Of a stretch of DNA of 64,000 nt, positions 19,690 through 29,075 are shown piece by piece. The notes beneath the pieces are model-generated. The model worked only from the letters and a program-made list of their open reading frames with translations, ran no database searches and was not told the origin of the DNA. Each line of letters starts with the position of its first letter. Within the stretch, counting starts at the first letter, position 1. The translations under genes and the position numbers were made by a program. The stretch is from Myxococcota bacterium (lineage in GTDB: Bacteria; Myxococcota_A; UBA9160; UBA6930), in assembly GCA_965223415.1 (NCBI GenBank), contig OZ245002.1, positions 576,001 to 640,000 on the forward strand. Reading direction: 5' to 3'.

Positions 19690-20427
19690 TCATCGGCCGA
19701 TGCCGGGGGTTTGCATGCCACGCGGGGGAGGGCCGCCCCATTCGCGGCCCTCGGCTTCCGTTCGGCCGAGGTACTCCTGGAGGCTGGGGCCGTCGGCCGG
19801 GTCGAAGCGGCGGCCCGTGCGGGTGACGCCCTGCATGCGGTCGGGGCGGAAGCTGCGGTAATCGTGGCGCAGCTCGCACCAGGCGGCGAGGGTCCACTTG
19901 TCGCCCCAGAAGTAGAGGCCGAGGGGCCGCACGTCGCGCTCGCTGGGCTCGCCGTCCTCGCGGGTGTAGTCGAGGTGCACGACCTCGTAGTCGCCGATGG
20001 CGCGGCGCAGGAGGTCGAGGTGCTGGGCGCGGGCCGCGGCCCGGCCGTAGCCCGGGGCGAAGAGCGGCGCGTCCAGCAGCGCCTCCCGCAGGCCGGGCGG
20101 GATCACGGCCTCGATCTTCGAGACGGCGGAGGCCACGGCCTTGCCGAGCTCGGCGTCGCCCCAGGCCGCCACGATGCGCGCTCCGAGGGCGAGCCCCTCC
20201 AGCTCCTCGGTCGTGAAGGTCAGCGGCGGCAGCTCGTAGCCGCGGTCGAGGCGGTACCCCACGCCCGCCTCGCCCCGGATCGGCACGCCGGACCGCTGCA
20301 GGTCCTGCACGTCGCGATAGAGGGTGCGCTTCGAGATCCCGAGGGCCTCGGCCAGGTCCTGTCCCGTGGCGAAGCGCCGGGCGCGCAGCGTCTGGATCAG
20401 CTGGAAGAGTCGGTCGGCTCTACGCAC
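19690..20427 (-). CDS. YafY-type HTH-WYL transcriptional regulator
   Basis: (M)RRADRLFQLIQ, SKRTLYRD, GVGYRL and WTLAAWCELRHDYRSFRPDR; start at GTG 20427. Confidence 0.9.
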   Translation of the reverse strand: MRRADRLFQLIQTLRARRFATGQDLAEALGISKRTLYRDVQDLQRSGVPIRGEAGVGYRLDRGYELPPLTFTTEELEGLALGARIVAAWGDAELGKAVASAVSKIEAVIPPGLREALLDAPLFAPGYGRAAARAQHLDLLRRAIGDYEVVHLDYTREDGEPSERDVRPLGLYFWGDKWTLAAWCELRHDYRSFRPDRMQGVTRTGRRFDPADGPSLQEYLGRTEAEGREWGGPPPRGMQTPGIGR

Positions 20428-20663
20428 TCCGGTCCCTCGCACACGGCCGAAGCCCTCTCGAGCCCGGCGGGCCCCACACCGCCGGCCACGCCGCCGCCGG
20501 GGTCGAGGTGGAAGCGCCAGCTCGCCGGCTCTCGGCCGGGCTGCGCCGACCGGGGCGCCTCCGCTCGTTTCCTGCGCCCTCTCGCATCCGCTCGCCTCCG
20601 AAAGCTCCCACCCATGGCCTGGCTCCTCCTCGCACTCGGTGAAGCCATTCTACGGCGGTGCCA

Positions 20664-20740
20664 CTGCCATCCTGATGGCAGCAAGTCTGGAAGGAAAGAC
20701 CTGAGATGGTCGCTAGCTGACACGAGGCTGTCAGCAAGTC
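20664..20740. promoter_or_regulatory. Two tandem palindromic operators CTGMCA-N6-TGKCAG, each followed by CAAGTC
   Basis: ctgcca tcctga tggcag caagtc (20664-20687) and ctgaca cgaggc tgtcag caagtc (20717-20740). Confidence 0.65.
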
Positions 20741-20809
20741 ACCCCCTCGGGGGCTCTGGCGGCCGTTTCGGGGCCTGTCATCCTCCCGCTCCCAACCAGG
20801 AGGACCGGA

Positions 20810-21619
20810 ATGGCGCGCGTGCTTCGCGAAGGAGCCTTCGAGGGCGAGACCCACATCGTGACGGGGGCCGCCCAGGGCATCGGCAACGCCGTGGCCACGG
20901 CCCTGGCGGAGCACGGTGCCCAGGTGGTGCTGGTCGACCTGGATCCGGGCCGGCTGGCCGAGGCCCGGGACGCCATCGCTGCGGTGGCCTCGGTCTCGCC
21001 CCTCGTCGCGGCGGCCAACGTCACCGACGAGGACGACGTGAAGGGCGCGGTCGGCGCGGCCCTCGAGGCCACCGGCCAGGTCAACGGCGTCGTGAACGTT
21101 GCCGGCATCACCCGCGACGCACGCATCGCGAAGAAGTCCTTCGACGACTTCAAGGCGGTGGTGGCGGTCCACCTCCACGGGACCTTCCTGTTCACGCGAG
21201 AGGTCGCTGCCCAGCACTGGCATCCCCTCTTCAAGGCCAACGGCAACGAGCCCCTGGACGACGGCGTGAACCGCTTCATCCTCAACTTCTCGTCCGTGAG
21301 CGCGCGCAACGGCAACGTGGGCCAGGTGGACTACACCGCCGCGAAGGGCGCCATCGAGTCGGTCACCAAGACCGCGGCTCGCGAGTTCCAGGGCTACCGC
21401 GCCCGCGTGAACGCCATCGCCCCGGGGCCCGTCAACACCCCCATGCTCGAGGCGGTGGGCGAAGCCGGCATCGCCGCCATGGGTCGTGCGACCCTCACCG
21501 GCAAGATCGCCGAGCCCGAGCAGATGGCCGCCGTCATCTGCTCCCTCGCCGACCCGAAGATCTCCGGCTACATCACCGGCGAGATCCTCCAGGTCAACGG
21601 CGGTATGTACCTGGACTGA
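20810..21619 (+). CDS. SDR family oxidoreductase (FabG-like)
   Basis: TGAAQGIG, AGITRD, YTAAK and VNGG. Confidence 0.9.
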   Translation: MARVLREGAFEGETHIVTGAAQGIGNAVATALAEHGAQVVLVDLDPGRLAEARDAIAAVASVSPLVAAANVTDEDDVKGAVGAALEATGQVNGVVNVAGITRDARIAKKSFDDFKAVVAVHLHGTFLFTREVAAQHWHPLFKANGNEPLDDGVNRFILNFSSVSARNGNVGQVDYTAAKGAIESVTKTAAREFQGYRARVNAIAPGPVNTPMLEAVGEAGIAAMGRATLTGKIAEPEQMAAVICSLADPKISGYITGEILQVNGGMYLD

Positions 21620-21636
21620 CGTCCAGGTCCCTGCGT

Positions 21637-22266
21637 CTAGCGGCGGAGGAGCCGGCCGAGGAGGCTCTTGCCGGCGCGGACGATGCCCTCGTCGACGCGG
21701 CCGTCGCCGTCCATGTCGAGGATGCTGCCGAGGGGCCCGAAGCGGTCGCCCAGGGATTCCTCGGCGCGCTTGGAAACGCGGCCGAGCTCGTAGCCGAGCT
21801 CCTGGGAGCCCATGCGGTGCTCCTTCTGGGCCTTGCCGAGTGCGCCCATCACGAGGGGCGCCAGGGCGACGAGCAGCTTCGAGATCGTGCTGCTGTCGAG
21901 GCCGGCGTTGCGCCCGATCTCGCTCTCGAGTCCGCTGCGCCGCCCGCCCAGCATGTGGCCCAGGATCGCCTCGCCGATCGGGCCCAGGCCGCCACCGGCA
22001 CCCGACTGACTCCCGCCGCCACCGGCCAGGGCGCCGACGAGATCCTCGAGCAGGCCGCCGTCGTGGTCGCGATCGAGGGCGCCGAGCAGCGCGCCCGCAC
22101 CGTCGGGCGTCGAGGCGTTGCGGCTCAGCGCGCCGAACATGGCGGGCAGGGCCGCCCGCGCCGCCTCCGCCGTGGCGTCCTCGGGCGCGCCGATCTGACG
22201 CGCCAGCGCCTCGAGGCCCTGTCCCTGGGTCACCTGCCCGAGCAGCTCGTCAAAAATGCCGTCCAT
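21637..22266 (-). CDS. DUF937 family protein
   Basis: ALDRDHDG, ILGHMLG and LAPLVMG; C-terminal EF-hand-like LDMDGDG. Confidence 0.8.
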   Translation of the reverse strand: MDGIFDELLGQVTQGQGLEALARQIGAPEDATAEAARAALPAMFGALSRNASTPDGAGALLGALDRDHDGGLLEDLVGALAGGGGSQSGAGGGLGPIGEAILGHMLGGRRSGLESEIGRNAGLDSSTISKLLVALAPLVMGALGKAQKEHRMGSQELGYELGRVSKRAEESLGDRFGPLGSILDMDGDGRVDEGIVRAGKSLLGRLLRR

Positions 22267-22270
22267 CGCC

Positions 22271-23392
22271 CTATCCCTCCGGCTGAATCGCGTTCAGTCG
22301 CTCGATCGCGTCGAGGTACTCCTCGACCATCTCATAGATCACCTCGCGGCAGGAGCGAATCTCGTTGAGCTGCCCCACCACCTGCCCGATCGGGTTGAAT
22401 GCGACCCGCTGCGCCGCGTTCGCGTACATATGCACGCGCTGCACCGCGTCCGCCGTCACCATGCCCTGGAGCGGCATGCCCAGCGGATCCGGCGTGTCCT
22501 CGCGCTCCCAGGCATCGGTCCAGTCGTTGCGCAGCATGCGGCAGGGCTTGCCAGTGTAGGACCGGGAGCGCACGGTGTCCTGGCTGGTCGCGCCCAGGTA
22601 GGAGTCCATCTGCGCGGGCGGCGCTTCGGCCTCCTCCACCGTCAGCCAGAGCGAGCCGGTCCAGACGCCCTGGGCGCCCATCGCGAGCGCCGCCGCCATC
22701 TGCTTTCCGGTGCCGATCCCGCCGGCGGCGAGCACCGGCGTGGGCGCCACCGCCGCGATGATCTGGGGCCACAGCACCATGCTGCCGATCTCGCCGGTGT
22801 GGCCGCCGCCCTCGGTGCCCTGGGCGATGATGATGTCGATACCCGCCTCCCGGTGGCGCTGGGCCTGGTGGACCTTGCCGCACAGCGCCGCGACGAGCCG
22901 CCCGCTGTCCTGCACGCGCTTCACGACCTCCGGCGGCGGCGTGCCGAGGGCGTTCGCGATGAGGGTCACCTTCTCGTGCTCGAGAGCGACGTCGAGCTGG
23001 GGCGTCGCTGTGGCCTCGGTCCAGCCGAGCATCTCGGACCGCTTGTCCTCCGGCGGCACCTCGGGCACGCCGGCATCGGCGAGCAGCTTGGCGGCGAACT
23101 CCCGGTGCTGCGCGGGCACCATCTCGCGCAGCTGCTGCTCGAGCTTGGCCGGGTCCATCTCGCCCATCCCCTCGTACTTCTGGGGAATGACCAGGTCGAC
23201 GCCGTAGGGCCTGTCGCCGATGTGCTCGTCGATCCACTTGCACTCGATCTCGAGCTGCTCCGGGCTGAAGCCCACCGCGCCGAGCACGCCGAAGCCGCCG
23301 GCCTGGGAGACGGCAACGACCACGTCGCGGCAATGGGTGAAGGCGAAGATCGGGAACTCGATGCCGAGTCGCTCGCAGAGCTCGGTGCGCAT
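22271..23392 (-). CDS. Nitronate monooxygenase / 2-nitropropane dioxygenase family flavoprotein
   Basis: PIFAFTHCRDVV, AQGTEGGGHTG, LAAGGIG and GVWTGS. Confidence 0.88.
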   Translation of the reverse strand: MRTELCERLGIEFPIFAFTHCRDVVVAVSQAGGFGVLGAVGFSPEQLEIECKWIDEHIGDRPYGVDLVIPQKYEGMGEMDPAKLEQQLREMVPAQHREFAAKLLADAGVPEVPPEDKRSEMLGWTEATATPQLDVALEHEKVTLIANALGTPPPEVVKRVQDSGRLVAALCGKVHQAQRHREAGIDIIIAQGTEGGGHTGEIGSMVLWPQIIAAVAPTPVLAAGGIGTGKQMAAALAMGAQGVWTGSLWLTVEEAEAPPAQMDSYLGATSQDTVRSRSYTGKPCRMLRNDWTDAWEREDTPDPLGMPLQGMVTADAVQRVHMYANAAQRVAFNPIGQVVGQLNEIRSCREVIYEMVEEYLDAIERLNAIQPEG

Positions 23393-23482
23393 GGGGGGCT
23401 CCTCCGAAGGGGTCCGAGAGTAACGAATGTTCTCCCGGAACGTGGTCGTCTATGCTCGCGTTCGCGCCCCCGAGGAGCCCCC

Positions 23483-24712
23483 ATGACGAGCGCCGCCGCC
23501 CCCGCACCTTCCTGGCACGGCATGGACCCGACGAATCCGGAGCAGGACCCGGAACGCTGGGAGGATCCCTTCCCCTCCCTCGCGGACGTCCGCGAGCGCG
23601 TGCCGGTGCACGAGACGCCGGCCGGCCTCTGGAGGGTGTTTCGCTGGGACGACTGCGTGCGGCTGCTGCGGGCGGTGCCGGCCGGCGTGCGGCGCACCGA
23701 CGGAACCTCGCCGGGAGACGCCATGGGAGGCGACGGGCCCGAAGGCGGACAGTTCATGCTCCAGCAGGATCCGCCGAACCACACCCGGCTGCGCAAGCTG
23801 GTGAGCAAGGCCTTCACGCCGCGGGCGGCGGATCGCTGGCGCCCGCGCACCCGCGAGATCGTGGCCGGCCTGATGGAGCCGGTGCTGCAGAAGGGCGAGC
23901 TCGACGTGATCGCCGACCTCGCGCTGCCGGTTCCCTCCCAGGTGATCTGCGAGATGCTCGGCGTCCCCCTCGCCGATCGGGACAGCTTCACCGAGTGGAC
24001 GTCCCTGGCGACCCATCTCCTGCGCGGCCGGTTCCTGCCCGACGAAGAGCGGGCGCGGATCGAGCCCGGGGTGAACCAGCTCGTCGGCTACTTCCAGGCG
24101 CTGATCGAGGAGCGGCGGAGCGACCTGCGGGAGGATCTGCTCTCGGTCCTGATCCGCGCCGAGGAGGAAGGCGATCGGCTCAGTGGGGACGAGCTGCTGA
24201 TCCACGCCATGGGTCTCTTGATCGCGGGCTTCGAGACGACGATCGGGCTGATCGGCCTCGGGGCCAAGAATCTGGCCGACCATCCCGATCAAGCGGACGC
24301 CCTGCGCGCCGAGCCCGGGCTGATCGGCAACGCGGTCGAGGAATGCCTGCGCTTCGAGGGACCGATCGGCATGACGACCCGGGTGCTGCACGCGGACGCG
24401 GAGTTCGGCGGCTTCGTGATCCCGAAGGACACGACGATGTGGGCATCGATCTGGGGCGCGAACCGCGACCCGCGGCGCCACCCCCACCCCGATCGCTTCG
24501 ACGTGACGCGGGCGGACACGACCCACCTCGGCTTCGGCATGGGCACGCACATGTGCCTGGGCGCCCACCTCGCCCGGATGGAGACCCAGGAGGCACTCGG
24601 CGCCCTCGTCGGCCGGACGCGGCGCTTCGAGCGGACGGAGCCGACGGTGCGCTGGGGCCTCTCGGTGTTCCGCGTTCCCGGCGCCCTGCCGATGCGCATC
24701 GAGGCAGCTTGA
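23483..24712 (+). CDS. Cytochrome P450
   Basis: DPPNHTRLR, AGFETT, EECLR and heme motif FGMGTHMCLG; GAGGAG SD. Confidence 0.95.
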   Translation: MTSAAAPAPSWHGMDPTNPEQDPERWEDPFPSLADVRERVPVHETPAGLWRVFRWDDCVRLLRAVPAGVRRTDGTSPGDAMGGDGPEGGQFMLQQDPPNHTRLRKLVSKAFTPRAADRWRPRTREIVAGLMEPVLQKGELDVIADLALPVPSQVICEMLGVPLADRDSFTEWTSLATHLLRGRFLPDEERARIEPGVNQLVGYFQALIEERRSDLREDLLSVLIRAEEEGDRLSGDELLIHAMGLLIAGFETTIGLIGLGAKNLADHPDQADALRAEPGLIGNAVEECLRFEGPIGMTTRVLHADAEFGGFVIPKDTTMWASIWGANRDPRRHPHPDRFDVTRADTTHLGFGMGTHMCLGAHLARMETQEALGALVGRTRRFERTEPTVRWGLSVFRVPGALPMRIEAA

Positions 24713-24719
24713 GGCGCGA

Positions 24720-25640
24720 GTGGCCCTCGACCTCCTCGCCACGGCCCACGTCAACCTGAACTGCCGGCAGCTCGCGGTCTCGCGGCGCTTCTACGAGCAG
24801 GCCCTCGGCCTGAAGGGGCTGGTGCACACGGATCCGGAGGCCCAGGACGGCCGCGCCTTCGGGCTCTCGGGCCCGATCCGGTGGGACGCCTGGATGCTCC
24901 ACGACGGGCGGGCCCTGGGTGCGGCGGCGATCGACCTGCTGGAGTGGAAGCAGCCGCGGCCGATCGGGGAGGTGGACGCGGCGCCGGGCCGGCTCGGCCT
25001 GGCGCGCCTGGCCTTCGGCGCGCCCGACCTGGAGGCCGCGCGGGCCCGGATTGGCGCGGCGGGTGCGCGGCAGCTCTCGAAGGTCGCGCAGCTTCCGCTT
25101 CCGGGCGGAGAGGTACAGGCTGCCTTCGGTGCGCGGGACCCGGACGGCTGCGCCCTGCTCGTCACCCTCGCTGAGGAATCGCGCCTCGACCATGTGGAGA
25201 TCGGCTGCACGGATCTCGCCGGCTCGGCGGCCTGGTTCGGCGACGTCCTGGGCCTGGTTCCTCTTGGCGAGCAGGAGGCGGAGGCTGCGCCCGGCGAGCC
25301 CTTCGGCAGCGCGGGAACCGTGTCCTGGAGCGCCCGGTCCCTCGCCCTGCCCGGCCAGGAGCCCGGCGGCTTCCGCGTCGCTCTGATGGCGTGGCGGGAG
25401 CCGGGGCCGAACGGCGCGCCCGCCGCCGAGGCCAATCACCTTGGCCTCTACCGCATGGCCTTCCTCACCGACGACATCGACCGGGACCACCGCGAGCTGC
25501 GGGGCCTCGGCGTCGCCGCGCTGACGGAGCCCGTGACCCTCGACCTGGGCCCCTCCTGCCCGGCGCCAAGCTGCCGCGCCCTCTTCTTCCGCGACCCCGA
25601 CGGCAACTGCCTCGAGCTCATCGAGACGCCGACAACTTAA
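24720..25640 (+). CDS. VOC/glyoxalase family protein (two domains)
   Basis: HVNLNC...FYEQALG, RDPDG, HVEIGC and FRDPDGNCLELIE. Confidence 0.85.
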   Translation: MALDLLATAHVNLNCRQLAVSRRFYEQALGLKGLVHTDPEAQDGRAFGLSGPIRWDAWMLHDGRALGAAAIDLLEWKQPRPIGEVDAAPGRLGLARLAFGAPDLEAARARIGAAGARQLSKVAQLPLPGGEVQAAFGARDPDGCALLVTLAEESRLDHVEIGCTDLAGSAAWFGDVLGLVPLGEQEAEAAPGEPFGSAGTVSWSARSLALPGQEPGGFRVALMAWREPGPNGAPAAEANHLGLYRMAFLTDDIDRDHRELRGLGVAALTEPVTLDLGPSCPAPSCRALFFRDPDGNCLELIETPTT

Positions 25641-25667
25641 CAAACGGAACCGGCGCCCAACTTAACG
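25631..25667. repeat. Single-arm copy of the 8490-8556 element
   Basis: 32/37 nt identical to 8523-8559 by manual alignment. Confidence 0.7.
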
Positions 25668-26867
25668 GCGGCGTTCCCAGCGGTGGAGGATGGGGAAGGC
25701 GACGAGGGCGAGGAGGATTTCGCTGGCGCCGGCGACGGCGAAGGCGGCGCGGTAGCCGGCCTGCCAGCCGGCGCTCTCGGCGACGAGCTGGCTGACGAGG
25801 CCTCCGGTGAGAGGGCCGATGATGAAGCCGAGGCTGCCGGCGGCGTTGAAGGCGCCCATGGAGGTGGTGCGCACCCGTTCGGGCGTGAGCTCGGTGGTCA
25901 TCAGCATGGAGGGGACGAACATCACAGCGGCCGCGGCTCCGTTCAGCAGCATCAGCAGCCAGAGCTGCTCCTTCGGCCAGTAGCCGACGCTCGCGACGAA
26001 GCCGCCGTACACCAGGCTTCCGCCGCACAGGAGCATCGCCCGGGAGGTCCGTTGCGAGAGGAGCCCGAAGGGGAAGGAGAAGAGCGCGAAGGGGAGCATG
26101 AAGGTGGCGATCAGCACGCCGATGCTCGGCGGCGGCAGCTCGTGGATGTTCCCGAGGAAGAGCGAGAAGGTCGAGGTGAAGAAGCCGACCGTGAAGCGGT
26201 CGGCGAAGGCGAAGAGCAACGGCACCACGAGCAGGCGGTTGGCGCGCACCAGCCGGCCGATCTGCCGCAGGCCGGGCCGGGCTTCACTGGGCTCGCCCGT
26301 CTCGCGCAGCAGGGCGACGGCGAGCACGGCCGCCATCGCCACGATCGCCGCACCCACGTAGAGGGGCCGCACCGGGTCGCCCCGCCCCAGTACGCCGCCC
26401 AGCGGCGCGCCGAGGGCGACGCCCAGCAGGAGCCCGGCACCGGTCACGCCCATCACCGCCCCGCGCCCTTCGATGCCCCGCGCCCCGGCCGCGAGCCCGA
26501 GCAGCAGCGAGAGGGCGAAGATGTGGGCGCAGCCCTCGAAGAAGCGCACGGCCAGGAACCCGGGGAAGGGCACGTCCCGCGTCAGGCCGAGGAAGCAGAG
26601 GGCGTCGACCAGCAAGGCGGCGGCGATCAGTCGCGGGCGGCCGCCGAAGCGATCCGCGAACGCTCCAGACAGGGGCGCCGCCAGCACCGCGCCCACCATG
26701 TTGATGGACATGAAGAGCGAGGTGAGGAGCTCCGAGACCCCGAAGCGCTCCTGCACCAGCTCCCGCAGCACGGGCACCGGCAGGGTGACCGGCATCAGGA
26801 TCAGCACGGCGAGCAGGCCCAGCGCCGCCACGCGCCCCCGCGAGTAGAGCTGCCCCTCCAGGTCCAT
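25662..26867 (-). CDS. MFS transporter
   Basis: About 12 hydrophobic segments and GAFADRFGGR motif A. Confidence 0.85.
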   Translation of the reverse strand: MDLEGQLYSRGRVAALGLLAVLILMPVTLPVPVLRELVQERFGVSELLTSLFMSINMVGAVLAAPLSGAFADRFGGRPRLIAAALLVDALCFLGLTRDVPFPGFLAVRFFEGCAHIFALSLLLGLAAGARGIEGRGAVMGVTGAGLLLGVALGAPLGGVLGRGDPVRPLYVGAAIVAMAAVLAVALLRETGEPSEARPGLRQIGRLVRANRLLVVPLLFAFADRFTVGFFTSTFSLFLGNIHELPPPSIGVLIATFMLPFALFSFPFGLLSQRTSRAMLLCGGSLVYGGFVASVGYWPKEQLWLLMLLNGAAAAVMFVPSMLMTTELTPERVRTTSMGAFNAAGSLGFIIGPLTGGLVSQLVAESAGWQAGYRAAFAVAGASEILLALVAFPILHRWERRR

Positions 26868-26928
26868 CGCGGCCGGAGGGTAGCCCGCGCTACCCTGGCG
26901 GCCCTTCCCCTCGCACCGAGGAGCCGTC

Positions 26929-28014
26929 ATGAAGGCCGCTGTCCTGCGCGCGTACAACACCCCCCTCGAAATCGAGGACGTCCAGCTGGCCGATCCGGGC
27001 CCCCACGAGGTGCGGGTGCGCACCGCCGCCTGCGGCGTGTGCCACAGCGACCTCCACTGCCTCGAAGGCGGCCTGCCGGTTCCGCCGCCGATGGTGCTCG
27101 GCCATGAGCCCGCCGGCATCGTCGAGCAGGTCGGCGCCGAAGTCACCTACGTGAAGCCCGGCGACCGCGTGATCGGCTGCCTCTCGGCCTTCTGCGGGAA
27201 CTGCGAGTACTGCCTGCGCGGCGAGCCCAACCTGTGCGGCGGCGAGGCCACCGGTCGCGCCGCCGACGCGCCGCCGCGGATCTCGAAGGGCGACGAGACG
27301 ATCCACCAGTTCGCCCATCTCTCCGCCTTCGCGGAGGAGATGCTGGTCCACGAGAACGCGCTGGTAAAGATCAAGGAAGAGATGCCCCTCGAGCAGGCCG
27401 CGCTCATCGGCTGCGGTGTCACCACCGGCCTGGGCGCAGCGCTGAACACGGCGAAGGTGCGCGCCGGCGAGACCGCCGTGGTGATCGGCTGTGGCGGCGT
27501 CGGCCTGGCGGCGATCCAGGGCTGCCACATCGCCGGCGCCGGACGGGTGATCGCCGTCGACACCGTGCCGTGGAAGCTCGAGCTGGCCCAGAAGCTCGGC
27601 GCCAGCGAGGGCATCAACGCCAAGGACGGCGACGCGGTCGCGGCCGTGCTGGAGGCGACCGGCGGTGGCGTCGACTATGCCTTCGAGTGCATCGGCACGC
27701 CGACCACCTGCCAGCAGGCGGCCATGATGATCCGCAAGGGCGGCACCTGCGTGCTCGTCGGCGTGGTTCCGATCGGCGTGGGCGTCGAGTTCCAGGCCCT
27801 CGACATCGTCCTCCAGGGCAAGTCGATCATCGGCTCGATGATGGGCTCGAACCGCTTCCGCATCGACATGCCGCGCTTCGTCGATTTCTACCTCGACGGC
27901 CGGCTCAAGCTCGACGAGATGATCTCGACGCGCCTCAGCCTCGATGAGGTGAACACCTCTTTCGAGAAGATGAAGGCTGGAGAGATCGCGCGCAGCGTCA
28001 TCGCGTTCCAGTAG
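26929..28014 (+). CDS. Zn-dependent alcohol dehydrogenase (MDR, class III-like)
   Basis: GVCHSD, GHE, CGNCEYC...C, GCGVTTG and GCGGVG. Confidence 0.93.
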   Translation: MKAAVLRAYNTPLEIEDVQLADPGPHEVRVRTAACGVCHSDLHCLEGGLPVPPPMVLGHEPAGIVEQVGAEVTYVKPGDRVIGCLSAFCGNCEYCLRGEPNLCGGEATGRAADAPPRISKGDETIHQFAHLSAFAEEMLVHENALVKIKEEMPLEQAALIGCGVTTGLGAALNTAKVRAGETAVVIGCGGVGLAAIQGCHIAGAGRVIAVDTVPWKLELAQKLGASEGINAKDGDAVAAVLEATGGGVDYAFECIGTPTTCQQAAMMIRKGGTCVLVGVVPIGVGVEFQALDIVLQGKSIIGSMMGSNRFRIDMPRFVDFYLDGRLKLDEMISTRLSLDEVNTSFEKMKAGEIARSVIAFQ

Positions 28015-28021
28015 GCCCGGG

Positions 28022-29062
28022 ATGAAGGCGCTCGTCTACCACGGCAAGGAGGATGTGCGCGTCGAGTCCGTCCCGGACCCGACGCCGCCGGACGCCCGCG
28101 GCGCGATCGTGAAGGTGGAGCGCGCCGCGATCTGCGGCTCCGACCTCCATCTGTACCACGGCGACATGCCCGTGCCGCCGGGCTTCGCCCTCGGCCACGA
28201 GTTCGTGGGCGAGGTGGCGGAGGTCGGCAGCGAGGTCCAGGACGTGCGCGCCGGCGATCGCGTGCTGGTGTCGGGGGTGATCGGCTGTGGGGCGTGCGCA
28301 CGGTGCCTTCGGGGCGAAGTCGTGCGCTGCGAGCGCCAGGGCACGAAGGTGTTCGGCGTGGGGCCGGAGCTGCCCGGCGGCCAGGCCGAAGCCGTGGCCG
28401 TGCCCGGGGCGGATCACGCCATCCGCCGCATCCCCGACGGCGTAAGCGTGGAGCAGGCCGTGCTGCTGACCGACATCCTGCCGACCGGCTACTTCGGCGC
28501 CCGCAACGCGGACATCGAGCCCGGCGAGACGGTGGTGGTGATCGGCGCGGGCCCCGTGGGTCTCCTGGCCCTGATGTCCGCCCAGCTCTTCGGGCCCGCG
28601 CGGGTGCTGGTCGTCGATCGGGTCCCCGAGCGCCTCGCCCTGGCCGCCGAGCTGGGCGGAACGCCGGTGCCCGCCGACGAAGCCGACGCCGCCGTGGCCG
28701 AGCACACGAACGAGCAGGGCGCCGATCGGGTGATCGAGGCCGTCGGCGCCGACGCCACGATCCTGAAGGCCCTCGAGTGGGTGCGGCCGGCGGGCACCGT
28801 CTCGATCGTCGGCGTGAACACCAGCCCGGCCCTGCCCTTCCCGATGGCCCTTGCCCTGATGAAGGACCTGACCCTGCGGGTGGGCCTGGTCCCGGTCCCG
28901 GAGCTCTGGCCGGCGCTGATCCCCCTCGTCGCCGCGGGCCGCCTCCAGCCCGAGCGCGTCTTCACCCATCGCATGGGGCTGTCGGAGGGCAGCGAGGCCT
29001 ACCGTCGCTTCAACGCCCGGCGGGACGGCATCTTGAAGGTGCTGCTGGACCCGAGTCGCTAG
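28022..29062 (+). CDS. Zn-dependent alcohol dehydrogenase (MDR)
   Basis: ICGSDLH, GHEFVG, CGACARC, DILPTG and GAGPVG. Confidence 0.92.
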   Translation: MKALVYHGKEDVRVESVPDPTPPDARGAIVKVERAAICGSDLHLYHGDMPVPPGFALGHEFVGEVAEVGSEVQDVRAGDRVLVSGVIGCGACARCLRGEVVRCERQGTKVFGVGPELPGGQAEAVAVPGADHAIRRIPDGVSVEQAVLLTDILPTGYFGARNADIEPGETVVVIGAGPVGLLALMSAQLFGPARVLVVDRVPERLALAAELGGTPVPADEADAAVAEHTNEQGADRVIEAVGADATILKALEWVRPAGTVSIVGVNTSPALPFPMALALMKDLTLRVGLVPVPELWPALIPLVAAGRLQPERVFTHRMGLSEGSEAYRRFNARRDGILKVLLDPSR

Positions 29063-29075
29063 GCCCCGGGGCCGG

